DNA of 64,000 bases, from assembly GCA_002269645.1 (NCBI GenBank), contig NIVC01001588.1, positions 62,001-126,000 on the forward strand. Direction: 5' to 3'. This stretch comes from Macrostomum lignano (Eukaryota). Position numbers and translations under genes: made by a program. Under the pieces are notes generated by a model. That model did not search any database. It saw nothing but the letters and a program-made list of their open reading frames with translations, and was not told the DNA's origin. Positions 49,340 to 60,412 of the stretch are shown here, piece by piece; position 1 is the stretch's first letter, and each line of letters starts with the position of its first letter.

Positions 49340-49965
49340 GGTGAGGTTGCTGAGTGACACTGGTGAGGTTGCTGAGTGACACTGGTGAGGTTGCTGAGTG
49401 GCACTGGTGAGGTTTCTGTGTGACACTGGTGAGGTTGCTGAGTGGCACTGGTGAGGTTTCTGTGTGACACTGGTGAGGTTGCTGAGTGGCACTGATGAGG
49501 TTTCTGTGTGACACTGGTGAGGTTGCTGAGTGGCACTGGTGAGGTTGCTGAGTGGCACTGGTGAGGTTGCTGAGTGACTCTGGTGAGGTTGCTGAGTGCC
49601 TCTGGTGAGGTTGCTGAGTGGCACTGGTGAGGTTGCTGAGCGTCTTGGTGAGGTTGCTGAGTGGCACTGGTGAGGTTGCTGAGTGACTCTGGTGAGGTTG
49701 CTGAGTGCCTCTGGTGAGGTTGCTGAGTGGCACTGGTGAGGTTGCTGAGTGACACTGGTGAGGTTGCTGAGTGGCACTGGTGAGGTTGCTGAGTGACTCT
49801 GGTGAGGTTGCTGAGTGGCACTGGTGAGGTTGCTGAGTGTCTTGGTGAGGTTGCTGAGTGACTCTGGTGAGGTTGCTGAGTGCCTCTGGTGAGGTTGCTG
49901 AGTGGCACTGGTGAGGTTGCTGAGTGTCTTGGTGAGGTTGCTGAGTGCCTCTGGTGAGGTTGCTG
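49340..49965. repeat. Minisatellite, 22-nt unit CACTGGTGAGGTTGCTGAGTGG
   Basis: Tandem array after the zinc-finger stop codon, probably inside an intron spanning 49311-50037. Confidence 0.95.
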
Positions 49966-50884
49966 AAAGTGCTTGACAAGTGGCCGTGAAGTTACACAGT
50001 GACTCAACCTACTTATCTGCTCTCCCAACCAATGCAGACGGCTCGCCCCAGGCAGTGGCCCAGAGCGAGCGCCCAGGGCTTCAGCCAATCGCAGTCGTCT
50101 TAAACGAAATGTGTTCTAAAAACATTGGTGTCGGTCTATAATATTCCCTTTTATGAGCTGCTGAATTTCTACTGTATCTGAACTGACCCCCAGCATAGCA
50201 ATCCGTATTTCAATTGTGTTGGCTTTTTCCCTGACATTGTGCTAAGAAATTTGTGTAGCTGCAGTGCACAGTGTTGTGTCTGTATTTTACTCAACTGAAA
50301 CAGCTATTTTTGTAGTGACTTTTTGAATGGTGAAACTTTTGCAACACAACTCCTATTGTAGCGTCTGTTGTGCCCCGTTTCTATGCAGATTAGCCGTTAT
50401 TGTTAATAATTACGAATTTATTATTGTGTACTATTTGTCAGTCAGTTAACAATGCAATGCTGCCCAGTTAAACAAGGCCTCATTAATTCTGGTCCTATTT
50501 CGAATCCTCATCAGCTGTTGTTGGCATTCTCTTTACTATTTTCTATTATTTTTCCTTATTTGTCAGTTACAGTCAGTAATGCTTGTCAGCCTGTATTTTT
50601 GTTCAATTTGTTTGCTAGTTTCTTCACTTTGCGTGATATACTACTCACTCATTTACCATGGCCAGGTGTTCCTCCCTCCACCGTTTCGTTTCTTACACAA
50701 CTTAGTTTACTGCTGTTTCTTTGCTGCGTTACAGTTGAGTTTATAATGTTTTATTACTATTATTATTACTATTTTTTCCTTTAAAATGGATTGTATAAAT
50801 TGTTTGATTTCTACAATACCGGCTTGCATTCTATGAGTGTGTCCTATGTGTGCAATAACAGTTTGTCTGGATCAATGGGTGCCC

Positions 50885-51525
50885 GGTTTTACTAGATCAA
50901 AGGGTGCCGCTCCTCTACAATATCAAAGGTGTAGCTCCTCTACAAGATCAAAGGTGTAGCTCCTCTGCTGATCAAAGGGTGCCGCTCCTATACAAGATCA
51001 AAGGGTGTAGCTCTACTAGATCAAAGGATGCCGCTCCTCTACAAGATCAAAGGGTGTAGCTCTACTAGATCAAAGGATGCCGCTCCTCTACAAGATCAAA
51101 GAGTGTAGCTCCTCTACAAGATCAAAGAGTGTAGCTCCTCTACTAGATCAAAGGGTGCCGCTCCTCTACAAGATCAAAGGGTGTAGCTCCTCTACAAGAT
51201 CAAAGAGTGTAGCTCCTCTACTAGATCAAAGGGTGCCGCTCCTCTACAAGATCAGAGTGTAGCTCCTCTACTAGATGAAAGGGTGCCGCTCCTCTACAAG
51301 ATCAAAGAGTGTAGCTTTTCTACTAGATCAAAAGGTGCCGCTCCTCTAAAAGATCAAAGAGTGTAGCTCCTCTACTAGATCAAAGAATGTAGCTCCTCTA
51401 CTAGATCAAAGGATGCCGCTCCTCTACAAGATCAAAGGGTGTAGCTCCTCTGCTAGATCAAAGGGTGCCGCTCCTCTACAAGATAAAAGGGTGCCGCTTC
51501 TTAACTAGAGCAAAGGCGCCGCTCA
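50885..51525. repeat. Complex minisatellite (GCTCCTCTAC(T)AGATCAAAG modules)
   Basis: Alternating modules of about 24-28 nt. Confidence 0.9.
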
Positions 51526-52679
51526 ACTAAATTAACAGGTTGCCGTTCTACGAACTTTGGACCAACCTACAATTTTATTGCTAGCCAGCCTGCTGTTTCA
51601 AATACTGTTTCCTGTTTTACACTCTTTCACATTTCGCTACTTACCAATCTCAATCAGAGCGGTAGTATATGCATGTTGCAATATATTCAAATAACATTCG
51701 CGGTAATCTCAAATAAAGTTGCGGTTTGTTTCACGCAGACTGTAGATGAAAATATTCTATTTAAGTACTGTTGCACACCAAGGCCAGTTTGTCTGCTGCA
51801 TGAAACCCCGCATTTGGCCCCGCGCATAGTGCCGCCGCCCCCCTGCAGACTTCGCTGCTGCGGCACTCAGTCACCTTTCTTGTCCCCTGTTATTCATCTT
51901 TATCCGTCACCTGCTTTCTAAGCACGAATGAAATAGCTTAAATAAATAGCGTTACGGCTTATATATATACAAAATGCTATAATTTTAGAACAGAAATTGT
52001 CAGCCTTTCTGTCTCAATGACACTTTTCAAGAATGCTATTATTTTATTGGCTCACTACTGAACACGGTGAAGGACAACTGAAGTAGCTGGAGGCCGGTAA
52101 AGCAACGCTTGCTATTGGCAAATCCTGTCGAGAAATAATGAGAAATAAAAATGAATAATTTGAGTATAATAAAACAGCTAATATGAGAATTTATTATTTA
52201 TAACTTCACGGGTATTATTACTAATAATAATTATGTTTTTTGTATTTCAAAGTTATAAATTAATATTATTCTGCATGCCTGGCATAGAAAATGAAATTCT
52301 CTGCAAAAGTGAAAACAAGAAGCTGAATAATGAGCAAATATAATAAATCAGTATGGTGCTCGATACTAGAATAACGGAAAATATAGGTAGGAATTGACTG
52401 TACATAAAAGCTGAATGCGGCCGCTTTAAGTTGACGGAAAAAAGAATAATTTAAGCTGCTGAAACTATTACGTATTAACATAAGTCATACTGACAAAACA
52501 TGTTATTAATTTGTTTCTTGTAGTAAGTGAAACGATTCTTAAGCCATGACAGCGTTAACAGTTATCAACCTAGGCTATTAATATATCACAGAAATTAAAA
52601 CTAGCAACTAGTACCGCCACTAAACACCCATAACTAAAAACGCCATTACAACCTATTCGTTGCTGTCTATCCAGCAAAA

Positions 52680-52825
52680 GATAGATAAATAGCAATCGAT
52701 TGGTAGCCATAGCAATCGATTGGTAGCCATAGCAACCGATAAGTAGCCATAGCAACCGATTAGTAGCCATAGCAACCGATTAGTAGCCATAGCAACCGAT
52801 AAGTAGCCATAGCAACTGATTGTTG
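52680..52825. repeat. Short minisatellite, 20-nt unit ATAGCAACCGATTAGTAGCC
   Basis: About 7 copies downstream of the RNF8-like gene. Confidence 0.85.
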
Positions 52826-52983
52826 CTATTATCGTTGCTATACATAGGGTGCTATAGCAATCATGGCTAGAAAATACCATAGCAGCTAATACATTGCCAG
52901 AGTTGCAATTATGAGGACGACAACACAGGAAGTGCGATAAATATCAAAACTGTACAATTATGATAACAAACTTCAATCGATTA

Positions 52984-55908
52984 TTAAAACGGGCACCCGT
53001 TGGCCCAATGGCCCCGCCTGCCGCAGTTATAGCACCTGCCGTAGCCGCCGTAATAAGCCCTCGGATTGCCGTCCATTGATTCGCTCGAATCTGTACTGCT
53101 GCCGCCGTTATATTCGGCGTCCGAGTCGCTGTCGGAGTCCGAGCTGTCCAGCACAATGGCGGTGGCGGCGGCGGCTCCGCGTCTGCCGGAGGGACCCGCG
53201 GCTGCTGGCGGCTGACGCTGCTGACGAGAAGTCGACGCAGCTTGCTGCTGTCGTTGCTGCTGCTGCTGCTGCTGCTGCGTCTGTGACTGCTGCCCAGGGC
53301 GTGGCCGCTTGCGGCCCTGCAGTGAATGATAGCCATCTATATTCATATAAAGTGATTTATAATACACTGGTGTGCGAGCTCTGATTTCTCGGGGGTTTAA
53401 AGATGACATTCCGATATTAGGGAAATGGCATTCCATTTTCATTTACGAAACGGCCCTAGGAAATAGCATTGAATTGCAATGTCTAGGAAATGGCCCTGTG
53501 GCTTCTAGGAAAGGTCATTCTGTTTCTTGGAAATAGCAATGTGGTTTCTAGGAAAGGTCATTCTGTTTCTTGGAAATCGCATAGAATCGAACCCCCTTCC
53601 TACCCAAGCACGGCGGCCCGTACAGACCTGCAGTTTATCCAACTTCTCGCGCTGCTCCGCAACCCGAGCGTCGCGTTCCGCCCTCCGCTCGGGCGCCAGC
53701 TCGGCCACCATCCGGTCAACGTAGGAGTCCACGACTAGGGCGCGAGACAAGCTGCCGTTGCCGGGCGCCCGGCACTGCGGGCATTCGTTCTTCCTGCGCA
53801 GCCACTCTTCTATGCAGTAGCGACAGAACGTGTGCGAGCAGGGCATTGTCGCGGCGTCAACTAGCAGGTCGCAGCAGATTGGGCAGTTCAATTCGGTCTC
53901 GAGCACTTCGGCGAGGCTGCGCATTATGTCGGCGCGAGCTTCCGGGGTGACGCCGCCGGAGCTGGCGGCAGCGTCGCGGGCTTTCGACAGTTCGCCTTCC
54001 AGCACAGCCTGCAACAGTGGCGAAGGTGTGCGGCTGTAGCGATTGGGGGTCAGTGAGTGCACTGGGGACAGGGGTTTTGTTGGGAAAGGGTGTGTACATT
54101 GGGGGCAGAGATTTAGTAAGGAGTGTACATTGTGGGCAGATATTTGGTCGGGAGTGTACACTGGGGGCAGAGATTTAGTAAGGAGTGTACATTGGTGGGG
54201 GGAGAGATTCTGTCAGGAGTGTACATTGGTGGCGGGAGAGAGATTCTGTCAGGAGTGTACATGGAGGGGCAGAGATTTAGTCAGGAGTGTACACTGGAGA
54301 CAGATTTAGAGACAGCGCACCTGCTTAGCCTCCTTATCCCTGAGCGCCTGCTCCAGCCTTGCCCTCTCCCGTTGCAGCAGCGCCTCGTGCTCGGCGTCCC
54401 TATCCGCCATCTCCTTGCGCATCTCCGCCTCTAAGCCGGCCATCACGGCCAGCCTGTCGGCTTCCAGGGCTTCAACTTCGTCCGCTAGACGCTTTCGCAT
54501 CTGGCGCTCCTGTTCGGCCAGGGCGCGGTCCTTCTCGGCCAGTTGGTCGCGCAGGGCCTCCAGTTCCCGTCGCATAGCGGCCACTTCGGCATCTTTGTCT
54601 GCCGCGGTGTCGGCCTAATTAGTGAAAGTTGGATATTGAAATGGCTGAGGCTTGGGCTCTACATGCGGGACTTTATGCCCACAGTATATTGTATAAGGTA
54701 GGCTACTCACAGGTCCTGAAGGCACATTCGTGTCCGATGCTTTCCGCTTTGGAGAAGTCGCTGCGCACGACTGGAATAGTTTAATATTTAATAAACAGTA
54801 TCCATAGATGCGGAACCCCAACAAGACACCGGAAATAGGAGGGTAGCGGAACCCCAACAAGACACCGGAAATAGGAGGGTAGCGGAACCCCAACAAGACA
54901 CCGGAAATAGGAGGGTAGCGGAACCCCAACAAGACACCGGAAATAGGAGGGTAGCGGAACCCCAACAAGACACCGGAAATAGGAGGGTAGCGGAACCCCA
55001 ACAAGACACCGGAAATAGGAGGGTAGCGGAACCCCAACAAGACACCGGAAATAGGAGGGTAGCGGAACCCCAACAAGACACCGGAAATAGGAGGGTAGCG
55101 GAACCCCAACAAGACACCGGAAATAGGAGGGTAGCGGAACTCCAACAAGACACCGGAAATAGGAGGGTAGCGGAACCCCAACAAGACACCGGAAATAGGA
55201 GGGTAGCGGAACCCCAACAAGACACCAGAAATAGGAGGGTAGCGGAACCCCAACAAGACACCCGAAAAATAAGCGTAGCTACCTCACCTCAGCATCGCCA
55301 TTTCCGGCGTCATTTCTAGCTGTAGCTGGGCTAGACCTTTTCCTACTAGAAGCAGCAAAGCTGGCGGAGCAGTCAGCCACAGCGGACGGCCGGTGCAGCG
55401 GACAATCGGCCGCCACGAACTCCAGCCAAAGCACCGACTCGCGCGGCGGCCCAACCGTGATTCGATCGCCGCACCGTAACGGCGGTGCCGAATTAGCGCC
55501 GCCAATGTCAACTGGCGCCCGGCGCCCGTTAACAAACGTGCCATTGGCGCTGCCGCAGTCGACTGCTCGCCAGTCCCAGCCGGTCAGCTGATCGGGCGGA
55601 GTGCCGGCATGCCGAACCACCGGAACCAGAGCCAGCTGCTGCCTAGAGGCGGAGCCGTGTCTGAGAATGAGATTAGCGTCCGGCCGCCGACCGATGCTCA
55701 GCGCTCGAGTGTCGCCGCCGCCGCACAGCCGGTAGACTCCAGTCTTGCCGAGAGCCGGCTCGGGGCCGCGACTCACTAGACAGCAGCGACACTGGCCGGC
55801 ACTGGATTTCGGCGTTGTCGAATTCTCGCCTGACAAACTGGCAGCGCCAGCCGATAATTTGCCGCTGCTGTTCGACACCACAGGCTGGATTGAACAGGAG
55901 GCTTGCAT
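52984..55908 (-). CDS. RNF8: RNF8-like E3 ubiquitin ligase (FHA, coiled coil, RING) with a C-terminal CCHC zinc knuckle, 5 coding exons
   Basis: Exons 55908-55288, 54770-54711, 54614-54321, 54008-53628 and 53316-52984 are all phase 0 and join in frame (about 562 aa). FHA motifs: LSIGR, ASRQQL, DCGSANGTFVNG. Coiled coil. RING: LETELNCPICCDLLVDAATMPCSHTFCRYCIEEWLRRKNECPQCR, then LVVDSYVDRMV. Terminal CYNCGRRGHWANGC. The RING context fits RNF8 better than CHFR. Confidence 0.85.
54055..54305. repeat. Degenerate intronic repeat (AGGAGTGTACA..GGGG..AGAGATT)
   Basis: RNF8-like intron 3. Confidence 0.75.
54808..55262. repeat. Intronic minisatellite, 36-nt unit CGGAACCCCAACAAGACACCGGAAATAGGAGGGTAG
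   Basis: About 13 near-identical copies in RNF8-like intron 1, with no spacers. Confidence 0.97.
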
Positions 55909-55944
55909 AGCAGCTGCTGTCTTCTAGAGGAAAGTTTTGCTTGG

Positions 55945-57045
55945 AAAATTGCATACTGGTATATGGGAAATAGCATACTGGAATCTGGGAAATGGCATAC
56001 TGGAATCTGGGAAATGGCATACTGGAATCTGGGATATGGCGTACTGGAATCTGGGAAATGGCATACTGGAATCTGGGAAATGGCATACTGGAATCTGGGA
56101 AATGGCATACTGGAATCTGGGAAATGGCATACTGGAATCTGGGAAATGGCATACTGGAATCTGGGAAATGGCATACTGGAATCTGGGAAATGGCATACTG
56201 GAATCTGGGAAATGGCATACTGGTATATGGGAAATGGCATACCGGAATCTGGGAAATGGCATACTGGAATCTGGGAAATGGCATACTGGAATCTGGGAAA
56301 TGGCATACTGGAATCTGGAAAATGGCATACTGGAATCTGGGAAATGGCATACTGGAATCTGGGAAATGGCATACCGGAATCTGGGAAATGGCATACTGGA
56401 ATCTGGGAAATGGCATACTGGTGTATGGGAAATCACATACTGGAAGCTAGGAAATGGCATACTGGAATCTGGAAAATGGCATACTGGAATCTGGGAAATG
56501 GCATACTGGCATATGGGAAATGGCATACTGGCATATGGGAAATGGCATATTGGAATCTGGGAAATCCACTGGAAGCTAGGAAATGGCATATTGGAATCTG
56601 GGAAATCCACTGGAAGCTAGGAAATGGCATACTGGCATATCGGAATTGGCCTACTGGAAGCTAGGAAATGGCATACTGGAATCTGGGAAATGGCATACTG
56701 GCATATCGGAAATGGCCTACTGGAAGCTAGGAAATGGCATACTGGTATATCGGAAATGGCCTACTGGAAGCTAGGAAATGGCATACTGGTATATCGGAAA
56801 TGGCCTACTGGAAGCTAGGAAATGGCATACTGGTATATCGGAAATGGCCTACTGGAAGCTAGGAAATGGCATACTGGTATATCGGAAATGGCCTACTGGA
56901 AGCTAGGAAATGGCATACTGGTATATCGGAAATGGCCTACTGGAAGCTAGGAAATGGCATACTGGTATATGGGAAATGGCATACTGGTATCTGGGAAATG
57001 GCATACTGGTATCTGGGAAATGGCATACTGGTATCTGGGAAATGA
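55945..57045. repeat. Minisatellite, 22-nt unit GGAAATGGCATACTGGAATCTG
   Basis: Immediately upstream of the RNF8-like first acceptor. Confidence 0.95.
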
Positions 57046-57588
57046 ACCCATCAAAGAATGTTGCACTAAACGGATATGAATTTTCTAGACATGTTAGGCG
57101 TCCATTGTCTCCAAAAATGAGGGAAAAGTTTTAGCAAAGATTTATGACGATGTAAGTGCCAATCTAAGCTTAACTATATATTTTTGTTGCATAACGGTAG
57201 CAAGAAAACTTTTAGTAAATGAGTACTTTATAGCTCGTACTATTTCCACTTCTATAAATATTCTACATAGTAAATATTACAAGCTTATGTTACCATAGAA
57301 ACTGTCAAACACTTTCTGCTACAGGCTGCGAGCACAACACTAACTGGGATTGCTACTCAGGGCTAAACGGTTTGAAGTTGTACACGCCAGACGAAGAGAA
57401 ACAACACAAAAAACTTCTCTATACTGCTACAAGTAGAACAGTCAGATCTATAGATAATTAATATATCGGTTTTGCTGTCTTTAACAAACAAACTGCTTTT
57501 AATGAAGAAGAGGCTGTGTTTTAGTCGCGAGAAATATTTAATTTAACAGTTTTCGATCCACACCAGTCCGAATAGTTCAAGGAGGCCT

Positions 57589-60025
57589 TCAAGCTGTCGC
57601 CTGCTTAGTGGTCTCCTTCTTGTACTTGTTGTAGTTCACCATCATCAGCTTGATCTCGGCGATAGCGCGACCGGGGTTGAGGCCCTGCAACAGGGTTATT
57701 GATTGTAGATTAATTGATCAAAGACTAGATAAGACAGCCGGAAGGGTGCCAGGTCCAACAAAGACCAGCTTGAAGGGTGCCAGGTCCAACAAAGACCAGC
57801 TTGAAGGGTGCCAGGTCCAACAAAGACCAACTTGAAGGGTGCCAGGTCCAACAAAGACCAACTTGAAGGGTGCCAGGTCCAACAAAGACCAACTTGAAGG
57901 GTGCCAGGTCCAACAAAGACCAGCTTGAAGAGTGCCAGGTCTGACAAAGACCAGGGCGAAAATTATCCAAGCAGATACCAGCGCTTACCTTCGGGCAGGT
58001 CTCGGTGCAGTTCATGATAGTGTGGCAGCGGTACAGGCTGTCCTTATTCTGCATGCTCTCCAACCGCTCGAATGTGTAATCATCACGCGAGTCAATCATC
58101 CAGCGATAGGCCTGGGGTTGGCGAGTGAAGCACAAAGCAAATGCAGGGGTACGATCGCGATTGAGTTTTTAGAGTTGAGGTTAAAAAACACCCCCACCTT
58201 CAGTTCTAGGCTCTGAACCGCCCCTAAGATCCGCTGCCTTCCATGTCCCTTGAAGATCCGCCCCACGCCACTAAGCTAAGCCCCATGTCACTAAGATCCA
58301 CCCCCATGTCACTAAGATCCACCCCCATGTCACTAAGATCCACCCCCATGTCACTAAGATCCACCCCCATGTCACTAATATCCGCCCCATGATATCAATA
58401 TCCGCCCCATATACTAATATCCACCCCCATGTCTCTAAGATCCGCCCCATGATATCAATATCCGCCCCATGTCTCTAATATCCGCCTCATATATCTAATA
58501 CCCGCCCTATGTCTCTAATATCCGCCTCATATATCTAATATCCGCCCTATGTCTCTAATATCCGCCCCATGCCTCTAAGATCCGCCCCCATGCCTCTAAG
58601 ATCGGACACTGCGGCAAACGCAACCTGAGCCGATAGCAGAAAGCTACAGAAGTCCCCAACTCGCACCTGCATAAGCACAGCGGGCCCAAGGTACTTGTCG
58701 CCGTTCCACCAGTAGGCTGGGCAGGAGGTGCTGCAGCAGGCACACATGATGCACTCGTACAGGCCGTCAAGCTTGTCGCGATCGGCGATGGACTGTTGAA
58801 AGGCCTCCTTGCCGAGGTCCTCCTCTTTAAAGTTCTTCTTTTTCAGGTAAGGCTCGATGGACCTGATGGAACGGTTGTTGCGAGCTTTTTGGTTCAACAA
58901 CTTGCCATTAAATAGGGTTTTAGATAAACGCATTCATCTCAACCAGTGGCTTGTAGGTCACTGATCTCTCCAACGTAAAAAATTTGATTTAAAATCTCGC
59001 ATTAGAAGTCTCTAGGCATAAAATCTCACCTGAGAAGTCTGTAAACCTCACCCTAATAGATTCTGCAGGTCTCAAATCTCACCCAATAGATTTGCAGGTC
59101 TCAAATCTCACCCAATAGATTTGCAGGTCTCAAATCTCACCCCAGTAGATTTTGATGTCGGTTAAATAAGATTTAAACAAGGTTTCAATTCAAAAGCCAA
59201 ACACCTCACTTCTTTAATCCACCTAAATCATACCGGAGACCTGAAGCAAATACAAGAAGGAAGCCGCACCTGTACTGCGCATAGAAGTTGTTCATGTCCG
59301 GCACCAGGTCCTTGATGATGTACATGTGCGGCAGCGGATAGATTTTGCTAGTTTTGCCGCTGGTATCGATCGGGCAGATGCAGGCCAGGGTGTTGCGACC
59401 GTCAATGTTCATCGAGCAGGAGCCGCAGATGCCCTCCCGGCAGGATCGGCGAAATGTCAGGGTCGGGTCGACCTCATTCTTGATCTTGATCAGCGCGTCA
59501 AGCACCATCGGGCCGCAGTCGTTCAGGTCGATCTCGTAGGTCTGCATCTTTGGCCTGCTCTCCGGCTGGTCCGGGTTGTAGCGGTAGATGGAGAACTTCT
59601 TCGGCTGCGGCGTCTTGGCGCTGGCTGCGGCAGCGGCCGCGCTCAGTGAGGTCGCCTGAGAGAGCAGTTTAGGGGGCTCAGGTGACCATTAACGAGTTCA
59701 GGTGGGGACTGGGGAGTTTGGGTGGGGATTGGGGAGTTTGGGTGGGGACTGGGGAGTTCTGGTTGGGATTTGGGAGTTTAGGTGGGGATTGGGGGGGTTC
59801 AGGTGGGGATTGGGGAGTACTGGTGGGGATTTGGGAGTTCAGGAGGGATTCGAAGGCTTTAAATTTTACTACCTCTTTCAGATGCTAGACAACATACATA
59901 AATTACAATCTGAAATTACAGATGATTGTAAAGTCAAAACTATAATATATATGGAAAATTTAAAGACTTACAGGCTGCCTAAACAGGCAGACAGCAGTTC
60001 GAGCAAACACACGCGATGGTAGCAT
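57589..60025 (-). CDS. SDHB: Succinate dehydrogenase iron-sulfur subunit, mitochondrial precursor, 5 coding exons
   Basis: Exons 60025-59972 (transit peptide [18 protein letters not shown], not in the ORF track), 59655-59270, 58862-58667, 58111-57989 and 57684-57589 join in frame. Fe-S motifs: [50 protein letters not shown]. Confidence 0.97.
57740..57955. repeat. Intronic minisatellite, 31-nt unit AAGGGTGCCAGGTCCAACAAAGACCAGCTTG
   Basis: SDHB intron 4. Confidence 0.93.
58225..58605. repeat. Intronic minisatellite, 21-nt unit CACTAAGATCCACCCCCATGT
   Basis: SDHB intron 3. Confidence 0.9.
59035..59150. repeat. Short intronic repeat, about 30-nt unit GCAGGTCTCAAATCTCACCCAATAGATTT
   Basis: SDHB intron 2, 3-4 copies. 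Confidence 0.75.
59690..59850. repeat. G-rich intronic repeat, about 20-nt unit GGTGGGGATTGGGGAGTTT
   Basis: SDHB intron 1. Confidence 0.85.
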
Positions 60026-60145
60026 GGTGAAGAAACTGAAAATGAATTTTCGGTAGTAGTGGAAATAGAAACAGGTCAACTAAGGCACTCTACATCTAGC
60101 TAGAGTAACTGGCTGACAAAAGACTGATTCAATGAGAGATATTTT

Positions 60146-60412
60146 CATACATGCGCAACTGCTGGCCGACCTGGCCACTGTAAATTGTGGTGGACCAGGG
60201 GTAAGTCACAAAAATGACACCCCAAAGAATAAAGATGTAGTACTAATTAGATGACGAGGCATTTAGCCCTTATAAGAGAGTTATAGTTACTCCTGCTGTT
60301 TACCCAAAATTGCGTTAATGTTGCTCTAGGGTTTCTTTCACAGGTAAGTCGCATTTTTGGTCAAAAAGTAAGTCGCATGGCCAGTGTAAATCAGGGGGGT
60401 TGCGCATGTATG
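60146..60412 (-). mobile_element. MITE-like element carrying a 28S rRNA-derived cassette (copy 3)
   Basis: Perfect 14-bp TIRs CATACATGCGCAAC (60146-60159) and GTTGCGCATGTATG (60399-60412). Flanks GATATTTT and CATATTTT form a near target-site duplication. The reverse complement of 60242-60305 matches 28S rRNA, including AAATGCCTCGTCATCTAATTAGT. Confidence 0.7.

Noticed and set aside
54808-55262. 36-nt direct repeats resembling a CRISPR array
   Set aside because: The units abut with no unique spacers, lie in a spliceosomal intron, and have no cas genes nearby.
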